Positions 20,928 through 30,380 of a stretch of 64,000 nt of DNA are shown here, one piece after another. The DNA comes from Gemmatimonadaceae bacterium (GTDB taxonomy: Bacteria > Gemmatimonadota > Gemmatimonadetes > Gemmatimonadales > Gemmatimonadaceae), in assembly GCA_046327755.1 (NCBI GenBank), contig JAXLXW010000014.1, positions 8,051 through 72,050 on the forward strand, given 5' to 3'. A program made the translations under genes and the position numbers. Numbering within the stretch: position 1 is the stretch's first letter; each line of letters opens with the position of its first letter. The notes under the pieces are model-generated. The model did no database searches, was not told where the DNA came from, and was given only the letters and a program-made list of their open reading frames with translations.

Positions 20928-20980
20928 CGCGCGCTCGATTCGCGGGGCAACGTGGTGCGACTCCATCTCACCACGCCCCC

Positions 20981-22870
20981 ATGCACGCCACTCGCGCTCC
21001 ACTGACGCTCGCTGCCGCCACGTTCGTCCGCGCCAACATGGCGCGCGCCGGCGCGGTCGCCGCGTTCTCACTCGTCCCTCTCCTCGCCGCGCCTCGTGCG
21101 GCGCTGGCCCAGCAACAGGCCGCCGAGGCCCCCGCGTCGGGCGGGAGATTCCAGACGCGCCCCGCCGTCACGGGGCTCAACGGCGTCGTCGCGTCGGGGC
21201 ACCCCGTTGCGTCGGCGGCCGGGCTCCGCATCCTGATGCAGGGGGGGAATGCCTTCGATGCCGCGGTCGCGGTGGGGGCCGCGGCTGCAATGGGCGAGCC
21301 CGAGATGAACGGGATCGGCGGCAACGGCTTCATGACGATCTACCACAAGGCGAGCGGAAAGGTCTGGTCGCTCTCGATGACCGGCGCGGCTCCCAAGGCG
21401 CTCAAGCCGGACGAGATGACGCCGGCGACGCTCAACGCGGGGATGAAGGCGGGGATCGTCCCGGGGAACCTGGGCGGCTACCTCGCGCTGCTGCAGCGCT
21501 TCGGGTCCAGGTCGTTAGGCGAGGTGCTGGCGCCGGCGATCGAGCTGGCCGAGCAGGGCTATCCGCTCGATCGCCTCACCGCGCAGTCGATCGATCGCGG
21601 GAAGGGGAACCTCTCGCGCTACCCGACGACGGCGGCGCTCTTCCTCCCCGGCGGCGCACCGATCAAGGCGGGGGAGCTGTATCGCAATGCGGACTACGCG
21701 GCGACGCTGCGCAAGCTGGTGGAGGCGGAGCGGAAGGCGCGCTCGCGCGGTGCGTCGCGCGGCGCGGCGATCCAGGCGGCGTTCGACCGCTTCTACAAGG
21801 GCGACATCGCGCAGGAGATCGACCGCTTCTTCCGCGACAATGGCGGGATCCTCACGGCGGCCGACCTTGCGGCGTACAAGCCCGAGTGGACGGAACCGCT
21901 GCACACGAGGTATCGCGGGTTCGACGTCTACTCCAACCCCTCGACGTCGCGCGGTGGCTTCGAGGTGCTGATGCAGGCGAACCTGGTGGAAGGGTTCGAC
22001 CTCTCGAAGGGGGGCGCCGCGTCGTGGCACGCGCAGATCGAGGCGATCAAGGTCGCCAAGGCGGACATCTACCGGTACGTCGCCGATCCGGCCTTCCATC
22101 GCATCCCGACGGAGGGGATGCTGTCCAAGGACTACGCCACCGCGCGCCGTGCCCTCATCGACCTGGCGAAGGCGGGGAGCTATCCCGCCCCCGGGACGCC
22201 AGCCGGGGCGACGGCGGCGCCGTCAGGTGCACCAGCGGGGGCGACGCCCGGACCGGCGTTCGACGAACGCTACGACGGTGAGCTGCACACCACCTCGTTC
22301 TCGGTGGTGGACAAGGAGGGGAACGCGGTCGGCGTGACGCCGACGTTAGGCGGATTGTTCGGCAACAACGTGGTGGTGGGGAAGACCGGGCTCCTCCTCA
22401 ACAACGGGATGCGCATCGGCTCCACGTCGCCGTACCCCACCGACGTGAACTACGTGGGGGCGGGGAAGATCCCGATCCTCAACAACTCCCCGGTCGTGGT
22501 GCTCAAGGACGGCGCACTGCGCTTCGTCTTCGGGACGCCGGGGGGCGAGACGATCGGACAGACGGAGTTCCAGGTGCTCGTGCGCCTGGTCGACGAGCAG
22601 CTCCCCGTGCAGGAGGCCATCGAGGCGCCGCGCTTTGTCCTCGAGGCCGACCCCAACTTCTACAAGCCGGGAGCAGCGGTCGAGGTGCGCATCGAGGGGC
22701 GCGCCAACCCCGACGACATCGCGGCGCTGCGGGCCAGGGGACACAAGGTCACCGTCCTCCCCGGGTGGGGGAGCCTGGGGCACATGCAGGTGATCGCCGT
22801 CGACCCGCGCACCGGACGCTTCACTGCCGGCGCCGACCCGCGCCGTACGGGATACGCGATGGGTTTCTGA
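20981..22870 (+). CDS. ggt: gamma-glutamyltransferase
   Basis: GVVASGHPVASAAGLRILMQGGNAFDAAVA is present. The autoprocessing/nucleophile region is GELHTTSFSVVDKEGNAV. GGETI lies near the C-terminus. Confidence 0.92.
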   Translation: MHATRAPLTLAAATFVRANMARAGAVAAFSLVPLLAAPRAALAQQQAAEAPASGGRFQTRPAVTGLNGVVASGHPVASAAGLRILMQGGNAFDAAVAVGAAAAMGEPEMNGIGGNGFMTIYHKASGKVWSLSMTGAAPKALKPDEMTPATLNAGMKAGIVPGNLGGYLALLQRFGSRSLGEVLAPAIELAEQGYPLDRLTAQSIDRGKGNLSRYPTTAALFLPGGAPIKAGELYRNADYAATLRKLVEAERKARSRGASRGAAIQAAFDRFYKGDIAQEIDRFFRDNGGILTAADLAAYKPEWTEPLHTRYRGFDVYSNPSTSRGGFEVLMQANLVEGFDLSKGGAASWHAQIEAIKVAKADIYRYVADPAFHRIPTEGMLSKDYATARRALIDLAKAGSYPAPGTPAGATAAPSGAPAGATPGPAFDERYDGELHTTSFSVVDKEGNAVGVTPTLGGLFGNNVVVGKTGLLLNNGMRIGSTSPYPTDVNYVGAGKIPILNNSPVVVLKDGALRFVFGTPGGETIGQTEFQVLVRLVDEQLPVQEAIEAPRFVLEADPNFYKPGAAVEVRIEGRANPDDIAALRARGHKVTVLPGWGSLGHMQVIAVDPRTGRFTAGADPRRTGYAMGF

Positions 22871-22952
22871 CACCTCCCTGCGCGCCACCTGCATGCGAAA
22901 CGCCCGCCCGGAGTATCCCGGGCGGGCGTCTGCGTTGGAATGACGGTGCCGC

Positions 22953-24419
22953 CTAACGGTACAGGTAGGCGCCGAGATCGGTGGGGACGACGCTGCGGGC
23001 GAAGCGGTCGGCGTCCAGGTTGAGCGGGTCCCCGGCAATGGCGCGCTTGATGGCCGGGCTGGTCGACTGGAGGTGATAGTCGTTGGACCCGGGGAAGACG
23101 AAGCGCGGATCGGCCTTGATCGGGCGCAAGCCGACCTTCTCAGGGGCCCACGTCGACTTCCCGACGGGGAAGACGACGTTGTTGTCGATCACGGCGTTGG
23201 TCGCCGACGCCGCGCTCTCCATCACCGTGGTGGCGTTGTTGTACGAGATGTTGTCGTGGATGCGCGAGCCGCGGATGTTCGTGGTCTCGACGCGGATCCC
23301 CGTGCCGTAGTCGCCGCACCCCCACAGCGTGCAGTAGGGCGGCTTGTAGGCGGTGTAGCCGTTGTACGTCGTGGTGTTGTTGTAGATCGCGATGTTGTCG
23401 CGCAGGCCGTTCTTGCCGTAGCCGCTGATCTCGATCCCGTCGTAGCCGTTGCGATAGACGAGGTTGTCGTGGACGCGCACGTTGCGCACCGTCCCCCCCA
23501 TCTCCGAGGCGATGGTGATGCCGGCCGCGGTGTTCCAGACGCGATTCCCCGAGACCTCGACCTCCTCCAGCGTCTTGTCCCAGGCGTCGACGTAGATCCC
23601 GAGCTGCACGAGGTTCCACACCTTGTTGTAGCGCACGAAGCCGTGCTTCGACGCTTCCTTCACGTCGATCCCCTCGCCGCCGCCCGGCTGCACCGAGGCG
23701 CCGGTCTGCCGTGCGTCGTGCACGAGGTTTCCCGCGACGTCGAAGGTGTCGACGCTCACGATCGAGATCCCCTCCTGGCAGGCGATGCCGCGGCCGTACG
23801 CCCCCAGGTAACAGAAGTTCGAGAAGTCGTTGTTGTAGACCTTGATGTTGTAGCTGCTGAGCGCGTACAGCGCGGAGCCGCCGGAGGTGTTGCTGGTGAC
23901 GCCCTGCACCGTGACGCGATTGGCGGCCTGGATCATCACGCCGAAGAAGCCGGAGTTCTGCAGCGTGAGCCCGGTGACCACGACGTTGGTGGAATTCTTC
24001 ACGTTGACCAGCCCGCTCCAGGAGAGCGTCTTGCCGGTCGGATCCTTGAGGATCGCCGCGCCATTGCCGCGAAGGACGAACGGGGCGGCGGGCGTGGCGA
24101 ACTTCTTCTGGATCAGGACGCCGGTGGTGAGCGTGTAGGTCCCGGCCTGCACCACGACGGTGTCACTCGCCGCAGCGGCGTTGACCCCCTTTTGCACCGT
24201 CTTGAAGGGGAGGGCCGCCGTTCCCGGGTTGGCGTCGTTCCCGGTGGGGGCGACATACCAACTGCGCGGTGCCGCGGCGGTGACCGCCAGGCTGGCGTCG
24301 AGCGAATCGCTGATCGCGTGGTCGATCCCCGGTTCGGTGGGGAGCGTGGTGTCGCAGGCCGCGAGCGCGGCGAGGGTGACGACGCCAATGGCCGTGGCGA
24401 ACGGGCGCAACCTGATCAT
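22953..24419 (-). CDS. right-handed parallel beta-helix repeat lipoprotein (pectate-lyase fold)
   Basis: The internal ATG at 24419 gives MIRLRPFATAIGVVTLAALAACDT. SWYVAPTGNDANPGTAALPFKTVQKGVNAA is present. Many N/G-rich beta-helix repeats follow. Confidence 0.75.
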   Translation of the reverse strand: MIRLRPFATAIGVVTLAALAACDTTLPTEPGIDHAISDSLDASLAVTAAAPRSWYVAPTGNDANPGTAALPFKTVQKGVNAAAASDTVVVQAGTYTLTTGVLIQKKFATPAAPFVLRGNGAAILKDPTGKTLSWSGLVNVKNSTNVVVTGLTLQNSGFFGVMIQAANRVTVQGVTSNTSGGSALYALSSYNIKVYNNDFSNFCYLGAYGRGIACQEGISIVSVDTFDVAGNLVHDARQTGASVQPGGGEGIDVKEASKHGFVRYNKVWNLVQLGIYVDAWDKTLEEVEVSGNRVWNTAAGITIASEMGGTVRNVRVHDNLVYRNGYDGIEISGYGKNGLRDNIAIYNNTTTYNGYTAYKPPYCTLWGCGDYGTGIRVETTNIRGSRIHDNISYNNATTVMESAASATNAVIDNNVVFPVGKSTWAPEKVGLRPIKADPRFVFPGSNDYHLQSTSPAIKRAIAGDPLNLDADRFARSVVPTDLGAYLYR

Positions 24420-24681
24420 GTCGAGACGCGTGCTGGAAGTAGGGCGGCAGGGGGGACGACTCCGTCCTGCTACAGACGGCAAGCCGATGGCTCGCGAAAC
24501 ACTCGGGGCGCACCCCACCTCCTCCCCTACCCAGCGAGCGGTCGCGCCCGGCAATCTGGAGCGGGCGCGAGCGCCGTTCTGTGACCTGTGACCATCGCGC
24601 GTGACGACCAGATCACGCGATGCGCGCGGCGCTGCACGCGACGCTTGGAATCATCGGCGCACGGGCGGCGAGCCGGACATT

Positions 24682-24710
24682 TTGACCGACCTTGCCGAGG
24701 GGGTTATCGT
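24682..24710 (+). promoter_or_regulatory. candidate sigma70-like promoter (TTGACC-N17-TATCGT)
   Basis: TTGACC lies at 24682..24687, followed by a 17-nt spacer and TATCGT at 24705..24710. This is about 38 nt upstream of the ATG at 24748. It is a sequence match only. Confidence 0.3.
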
Positions 24711-24747
24711 CTTCGCGCCCGCGGTCCCACCTCCCCCTCCCCACGCC

Positions 24748-25200
24748 ATGCTGAACCTTCACGACGCGACGCAGGTCGCCGAGATCACGGCGCGCATCAA
24801 GGCGCTCCGCCCCGATTCCCCGCGGCAATGGGGGAAGATGACGGCCCCGCAGATGGTGGCGCACTGTTCCATTGCGCTGGAGGCCGCGCTCGGCGACCGG
24901 CACGTCCCGCGCGTCTTCATCGGCCGCCTCATTGGCGGCTTCGTCAAGAAGGCGGTGCTCGGCAAGGATGGTCCGTTCTCGAAGAATGCGCCCACCGCGC
25001 CGTCGTACGTCGTGGCCGACGAGCGCGACCTGGAACGCGAGCGTGCTCACCTGCTCACTCTGGTCGATCGTTTTGCATCTGGCGGAGCCCGCGCGTGCAC
25101 AAAGGAGCCGCACGCCTTTTTCGGGACGCTCACGCCTGACGAGTGGGCGGTGCTGATGTACAAGCACCTGGATCATCACCTGCGGCAGTTTGGCGTGTAG
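24748..25200 (+). CDS. DUF1569 (DinB-like) family protein
   Basis: Internal ATG at 24748. WGKMTAPQMVAHCS is present, and the C-terminus is EWAVLMYKHLDHHLRQFGV, as in DUF1569. Confidence 0.7.
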   Translation: MLNLHDATQVAEITARIKALRPDSPRQWGKMTAPQMVAHCSIALEAALGDRHVPRVFIGRLIGGFVKKAVLGKDGPFSKNAPTAPSYVVADERDLERERAHLLTLVDRFASGGARACTKEPHAFFGTLTPDEWAVLMYKHLDHHLRQFGV

Positions 25201-25222
25201 CCTTTCCCCTCGGAGTGTTCTC

Positions 25223-25609
25223 ATGCGACGCGTAACCGGCATTGGCGGCATCTTCTTCAAGGCGAAGGATCCCGTGGCGCTGCGCGCCTGGTACCAGCAG
25301 CACCTCGGCATCGACGTCCAGGGGTGGGGCGGGACTTCCTTTCGCTGGGTCGATGCGAACGGGGCGGCGTACAACGGATCGACGGTCTGGTCCATCATGC
25401 CGGACACGACGCAGTACTACGCGCCCAGCACGGCCCCGTTCATGGTCAACTATCGGGTGGCGGACCTGCACGCACTGCTTGCGGCGCTGCGCGCCGAGGG
25501 GTGCGCGGTGGACGAGAAGGTGGATGAATCGGACTTCGGGAAGTTCGGGTGGGTGATGGACCCCGAGGGGAACCGGGTGGAGTTGTGGGAGCCGCCGGCT
25601 GGTGATTGA
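25223..25609 (+). CDS. VOC/glyoxalase-family protein
   Basis: Internal ATG at 25223: IGGIFFKAKDPVALRAWYQQHLGI ... GKFGWVMDPEGNRVELWEP. Confidence 0.75.
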   Translation: MRRVTGIGGIFFKAKDPVALRAWYQQHLGIDVQGWGGTSFRWVDANGAAYNGSTVWSIMPDTTQYYAPSTAPFMVNYRVADLHALLAALRAEGCAVDEKVDESDFGKFGWVMDPEGNRVELWEPPAGD

Positions 25610-27515
25610 GCGCGCCGGCGCTAGGAGCACGCGGCGGCGTGGGGTCGCCGCCGCCACCCTCGTCGCCTGCGCCGCCTGCGCCCCTTGCCTGACGCCCGCC
25701 CTCGCGCGCGCCCAGGCCGCGCGACCGGCGTTCTCGGTCACCCGCCAGGACTCGGTCATGGTCCCGATGCGCGACGGCGTCACGCTCTACACGGAGCTCT
25801 ACCGCCCGGCGCGCAGCGGCATCCCCATCGACTCGGCGTTTCCCGTCCTCCTCCTCCGCACGCCGTACGAGATCCGCGGTGAGGAGATCGTGCGACAGGC
25901 CAACGCCTTCGCGGCCTCGGGCTACGTCGTCGCGCTGCAGAACATCCGTGGACGCTACGGGTCGGGAGGGACGTTCACGAAGTACTCCATCCTCGACGCC
26001 CCCGACGGCTACGACGCGATTGAGTGGTTAGGCACGCGCCCGTTCTCCAACGGCAAGGTGGGGACGTGGGGGCGCTCGTACGCGGCGCACGCGCAGGCCG
26101 ACGCCTCGAAGCTCAACCCGCCTCACCTCAAGGCGATGATCGTCAACCAGGGCGGCATGGCCAACGCCTGGGACCACGCCGTGCGGCAGGGCGGTGCCTT
26201 CGAGCTCGGACGCGAAATGACCTGGGTCTGGCAGGAGGCACGGCGCGAGACGAACGACTCGTCGGTGCGCGCGCTGCTCGAGCGCGAAAAGGTGGAGACG
26301 TGGTACGAACGCCTCCCCATCCGGAAGGGACAGAGCCCGCTCGCCACCGTCCCGGAGTACGAACGCTACTTCCTCGACGAGTGGACGAACGGTGACTACG
26401 GCCCCTTTTGGCAGAAGATCTCGCTCAACTGGGCGCCGTACTACAAGCAGACAGCGGACGTCCCGATGCTCCACCTGGGCGGATGGTACGACATCTTCCT
26501 TCGCGGGACGATCGACAACTACCTCGGCCTGCGGCGCGGCAAGCAGGGGCCGGTGCGCATGGTCATTGGGCCGTGGGTGCACGGGGGGAACGGACGGACG
26601 TTTGCCGGCGACGTGGATTTCGGCCCGCAGTCGGCGATCCCGGGCTTCGACGTCGAGTATCACCTGCGGTGGTTCGATCACTTCCTGAAGGGCGTGCCGA
26701 ACGGCGTCGAGCGTGATGCGGCGGTGCGCCTGTTCGTGATGGGAGGTGGTGACGGGACGCGCACCGCCGCCGGCAAGCTCTCGCATGGCGGCTCCTGGAT
26801 GGACGGGAGCGACTGGCCGCTCCCCGGGACGCGCCTCACGCGCTACTACCTGCGCGGCGACGGGACGCTCTCGACGTTGGCACCCTTGCCGGCCGAAGGT
26901 GCGACGACCTTCACCTTCGACCCTCGGCACCCGGTCCCCACGTTAGGCGGCAACGTCTCCAACCGGGTGAAGGACGGCGCCTACGACCAGCGCGAGCGCG
27001 CCGACTTCCCGGGGTCGCGCCCGCCCTACCTCCCGCTCAAGGCCCGGCGCGACGTCCTGGTCTTCGAGACGGCGCCGCTCGCCGAGGACGTGCGCGTGAT
27101 CGGCCCCATCGAGGTACAGCTGCAGGTGTCGACGACCGGCGTCGACACCGACTTCACCGCGAAGCTCGTCGACGTGTATCCGCCAAGTGCGGACTATCCC
27201 GGCGGGTTCGACCTCAACATCAGCGACGCGATCGCGCGCCTGAGCTATCGCAACGATCGCCCCACGCGTGCGCTGGTGACGCCGGGGCGGGTGTATCGCC
27301 TGACGATTCGCCCGTTCCCGACGGCGAACCTCTTCAGGAAGGGGCATCGCATCCGCCTCGACATCTCCAGCTCCAACTTCCCGCGCTTCGACGTGAACGC
27401 GAACACGGGCGAGCCCCTGGGACGCGAGCGCCGGATGCAGGTCGTGGACAACACGGTGCACCACAGCGCATCGCGCCCGTCGTTCGTCGTCCTCCCGATC
27501 GTGCCGGCGCGCTGA
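25602..27515 (+). CDS. CocE/NonD-family hydrolase (X-Pro dipeptidyl-peptidase S15-like)
   Basis: 637-aa ORF with a GTG start and a signal-like N-terminus. PMRDGVTLYTELYRP is present, and the C-terminus ...VHHSASRPSFVVLPIV is typical of the CocE/NonD C-terminal domain. Confidence 0.85.
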   Translation: MIERAGARSTRRRGVAAATLVACAACAPCLTPALARAQAARPAFSVTRQDSVMVPMRDGVTLYTELYRPARSGIPIDSAFPVLLLRTPYEIRGEEIVRQANAFAASGYVVALQNIRGRYGSGGTFTKYSILDAPDGYDAIEWLGTRPFSNGKVGTWGRSYAAHAQADASKLNPPHLKAMIVNQGGMANAWDHAVRQGGAFELGREMTWVWQEARRETNDSSVRALLEREKVETWYERLPIRKGQSPLATVPEYERYFLDEWTNGDYGPFWQKISLNWAPYYKQTADVPMLHLGGWYDIFLRGTIDNYLGLRRGKQGPVRMVIGPWVHGGNGRTFAGDVDFGPQSAIPGFDVEYHLRWFDHFLKGVPNGVERDAAVRLFVMGGGDGTRTAAGKLSHGGSWMDGSDWPLPGTRLTRYYLRGDGTLSTLAPLPAEGATTFTFDPRHPVPTLGGNVSNRVKDGAYDQRERADFPGSRPPYLPLKARRDVLVFETAPLAEDVRVIGPIEVQLQVSTTGVDTDFTAKLVDVYPPSADYPGGFDLNISDAIARLSYRNDRPTRALVTPGRVYRLTIRPFPTANLFRKGHRIRLDISSSNFPRFDVNANTGEPLGRERRMQVVDNTVHHSASRPSFVVLPIVPAR

Positions 27516-27571
27516 CGCCCGGGACGGGCGCCGAGGGGGCGCGCCGACACGAGGGACGGGAAGACGCGCCG

Positions 27572-28384
27572 CTACATCGGCGATGACGCGACGGAGAAAT
27601 ACAGCCCATACGCCGTCGCGCCGGGATACGCTGGCTCGAAGTCGGCCGTGATCTCGTTCACCCACGTCGTGGTGTGGCGCATGCGCAGGAAGGCAGGTTG
27701 GCCGTTGCGCGTCACCTTCAGGTGATAGCGTCCGATCGGAACGTCATACAGGGTGTGGCGCGTGACCGATCCTTCGAGGGTGCGCGTGATGGAGGGCGCG
27801 GTGCTCCCGTCGATCAGTGCGCCCACCGGCGTGAGCGTGAAGGTGACGCCGTGCAGGTCCGCCAGGTCCCACCCGGGGTCGATCTCGATCGTCCCGCCGT
27901 AGTAGCCGTCGTGCCCGAAGAGCTTGGGGACCTCGCCCGTCACCCTCCACTGCAGGTTGACGACGTGTCCCTCGCTGCCGGTGAACGAGCCCGCGTAGTC
28001 GGGGTGCAGCTCGAGGGTGTACGGTTTGCCATTGTAGCTGACGGTAGTCGTGCCACGCAAGTACCACGAGTCGCTGGCCGGGAGCGGGGCCCGATAGTAA
28101 CCGTTGGCGTCGGTGACGACGACCACGTTCCGGTTGAACCAGACCGTGTTGTTGACGACGACCTGCGCGCCGACGATCGGGCGTCCGTGGCTGTCGGTCA
28201 CTCGCCCGGTCGCTGCCCCCTTCTCGTGGCTGGGCGTGCCGTCCGGATTCCCGCCTAACGGGCCGTCGAGCGCGCCATCGGCGGCGCCGCAGGCGGCGGC
28301 GAAGGTGAGCATCACGACGGTCGTGCGCAGCAGGCGCGTGGCACGCTGGTGCGTAGCGTAGCGGGAATGGAAGGCGGTGCGCAT
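27572..28384 (-). CDS. secreted carboxypeptidase-regulatory-like domain protein
   Basis: The internal ATG at 28384 gives MRTAFHSRYATHQRATRLLRTTVVMLTFAAACG. GRVTDSHGRPIVGAQVVVNN...VTDANGYYRAPLP is CarboxypepD_reg-like. Confidence 0.6.
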   Translation of the reverse strand: MRTAFHSRYATHQRATRLLRTTVVMLTFAAACGAADGALDGPLGGNPDGTPSHEKGAATGRVTDSHGRPIVGAQVVVNNTVWFNRNVVVVTDANGYYRAPLPASDSWYLRGTTTVSYNGKPYTLELHPDYAGSFTGSEGHVVNLQWRVTGEVPKLFGHDGYYGGTIEIDPGWDLADLHGVTFTLTPVGALIDGSTAPSITRTLEGSVTRHTLYDVPIGRYHLKVTRNGQPAFLRMRHTTTWVNEITADFEPAYPGATAYGLYFSVASSPM

Positions 28385-28544
28385 GGCGGTCTCGTCGCAG
28401 GCGTGAGGGGGCGGCGGGCGCAGGGGCCCGTGACACCGGCAAGCTGCGGCAGTGGACTCGGCGCGGCATGGGACGAACGACCGGGGTCGAATGACCCATG
28501 GGTCGCGCGCCGCACACGCGCGGTGTTCACGATGGTCGATCACA

Positions 28545-28580
28545 CCGAAAAGGGCGCCCCCTCGCGGGAGCGCCCTTTCC
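28545..28580 (-). terminator. intrinsic terminator-like hairpin downstream of the 28597..29301 gene
   Basis: aaagggcgc (28549..28557) pairs with gcgcccttt (28570..28578), a 9-bp perfect stem with a 12-nt loop. On the minus strand the stem is followed by TTTTC. Confidence 0.55.
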
Positions 28581-28596
28581 ATCCGGGCCGCAGCGC

Positions 28597-29301
28597 CTAC
28601 TGCCGGTGGTACGTGAGTCCCGCGCGCTGCGCCTGCTCCACCGCGATGACCATCCCCGGGACGAGCTCGACCTCGGGAAGGATGTTCGCCTTGAGGTCCT
28701 GGTAGACCGCGTCGGCGGAGAGCCCGCGCTTGGCGGCCAGCATCCCCGAGAAGATCTGCAGGGCGTTGTTGCAGAGGATGAACGTGGCGCCGCGCTTGTG
28801 CAGCGTTTCGATGCTCGCCGGCGCGAGGGTCATGCCCAGGATGTTCGGCGCGGTGCGCCAGGGATTGAACGTCACCGGCTTCCCGGTGGCCGCATCGTTG
28901 GTCTCGAGGAACTCGCCGATGCGGTACTTGGCCCACGCGGCATCGTTGACGCCGTAGAAGGTCGTGGCGCCGTAGAAGGTGAGGACCGCGTCGATGTCGG
29001 TGTCCTTGACCTGGTACGCCTTGTTGTACGTGTCGTAGTAGTTCATCACGTGCACGAGCGGGATGCCGCCGTTAGGCGTGGGGGCATCGAAGAACTGCTT
29101 GTGCCTGGCGCCGAGGCCTGCGAGCCAGCGATCGCTCGGCTCGCGCACGCCGGTGCGCGGCGCGTCGGCGGTGCGCTTGGCTGGCGTGGTGGGGGCGGCG
29201 TGGAGCGGTGCGCTGCTGGAGCTGGTGGCGACGAAGGCGGAGACCAGGGCCGCCGTGGTGGCGGCGAGCGCCCGGTTGAGCAGGGAAGAGGCAGTGGGCA
29301 T
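28597..29301 (-). CDS. exported DsrE/DsrF-like family protein (tentative)
   Basis: The internal ATG at 29301 gives MPTASSLLNRALAATTAALVSAFVATSSS. The C-terminal FILCNNALQIF...VELVPGMVIAVEQAQRAGLTYHRQ resembles DsrE-like proteins. This is a family call from memory. Confidence 0.5.
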   Translation of the reverse strand: MPTASSLLNRALAATTAALVSAFVATSSSSAPLHAAPTTPAKRTADAPRTGVREPSDRWLAGLGARHKQFFDAPTPNGGIPLVHVMNYYDTYNKAYQVKDTDIDAVLTFYGATTFYGVNDAAWAKYRIGEFLETNDAATGKPVTFNPWRTAPNILGMTLAPASIETLHKRGATFILCNNALQIFSGMLAAKRGLSADAVYQDLKANILPEVELVPGMVIAVEQAQRAGLTYHRQ

Positions 29302-29497
29302 GTGACGATTCCGGAAGAGTGTATGAGGGACACGGCGGTCGTGGCGCACTCGCGTCGCACGTCCCGCCATACCTGACTGCGCAGCGCGCAGGAAATCCGG
29401 ACATCGCACTTTCGAGCGCGCGCGGACGGTGCTCGCTATCGCACGTTCGGGGGCGAAGCCGCATCTTGGGCACCCGTACCACGCGCTCTCCACGTCA

Positions 29498-29878
29498 ATG
29501 ACTCCGTCCGACCACATCCGCGCCCAACGCGCCACCTCGAACCTGGCGATCGCCGAACGCGACCTGGACACGATCGTCGCCTGCATGTGCGAGGACGTGT
29601 CGGTCGCCGTCGCCGGCGGTCCCACGCTCACCGGGCGCGCCGCGAACCGCGCCGCCTTTGCCGAGCAGTTTGCCGACCGCGCCTTTCGCGGTTACGTGCG
29701 CGACCCGGAGGAGATCGTGGTGCACGATCCGCCGACCGGGGCGACCGAGCGCGGGCGTTGGGTCGGGCGATGGCAGCATGGGTGGCGCACGGAGTCGATG
29801 CGCGGGACGTACGTCGCGCAGTGGCGGCTGGAGGGTGCGGTGTGGCGGATTGCGTCGGAGGCCTTCCTGCCGGGGTGA
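29498..29878 (+). CDS. SnoaL-like / NTF2-fold protein
   Basis: Internal ATG at 29498. NLAIAERDLDTIVACMCEDVSV is present, and the C-terminus is GTYVAQWRLEGAVWRIASEAF, the usual pattern for this fold. Confidence 0.6.
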   Translation: MTPSDHIRAQRATSNLAIAERDLDTIVACMCEDVSVAVAGGPTLTGRAANRAAFAEQFADRAFRGYVRDPEEIVVHDPPTGATERGRWVGRWQHGWRTESMRGTYVAQWRLEGAVWRIASEAFLPG

Positions 29879-30095
29879 CGCGGGGGCCGCGCCAACGTGC
29901 GAGCTCATCGGTCGTTAGGGTGTACCGTGCCCGCGATCACCACGGGCAAGCGATGCAGCTCCCCTCGTGAGCGGCACAGCGGTCGCGTTCGCCGGTCGGC
30001 GGGCCAGGTGAGGGAACACGCGGCGACTGGCGTGTTATGACCTCAGGCGGCGCCGCGTGCGCGGCGTCCCGACCGCCACCTGGAGGACTGCACAC

Positions 30096-30245
30096 ATGCT
30101 GACGACCATCGCGTTGATACTCGTTATGCTCTGGTTGCTGGGGCTCGTCTCCTCGTACACGATCGGCGGTTTCATCCATGTCCTGCTGGTGATCGCCGTC
30201 GTCATGATGCTCGTGCGCGTGATCCAGGGCCGCCGCCCCATTTGA
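30096..30245 (+). CDS. lmo0937-like small membrane protein
   Basis: MLTTIALILVMLWLLGLVSSYTIGGFIHVLLVIAVVMMLVRVIQGRRPI. GGAGGA lies 8 nt upstream of the ATG at 30096. Confidence 0.7.
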   Translation: MLTTIALILVMLWLLGLVSSYTIGGFIHVLLVIAVVMMLVRVIQGRRPI

Positions 30246-30380
30246 TGCGCCGCGTGGCGGGTGGCGTTCACCCCGCGCCACGCGGAGGGGCCATTACCAA
30301 CCGGCGCCGGCGGGTGCAGCTTCCCCGCGTCGCGCGCCGGTCCTGCGGCGTGCCTGCATCCACGCTCCCGCCGCTGCACG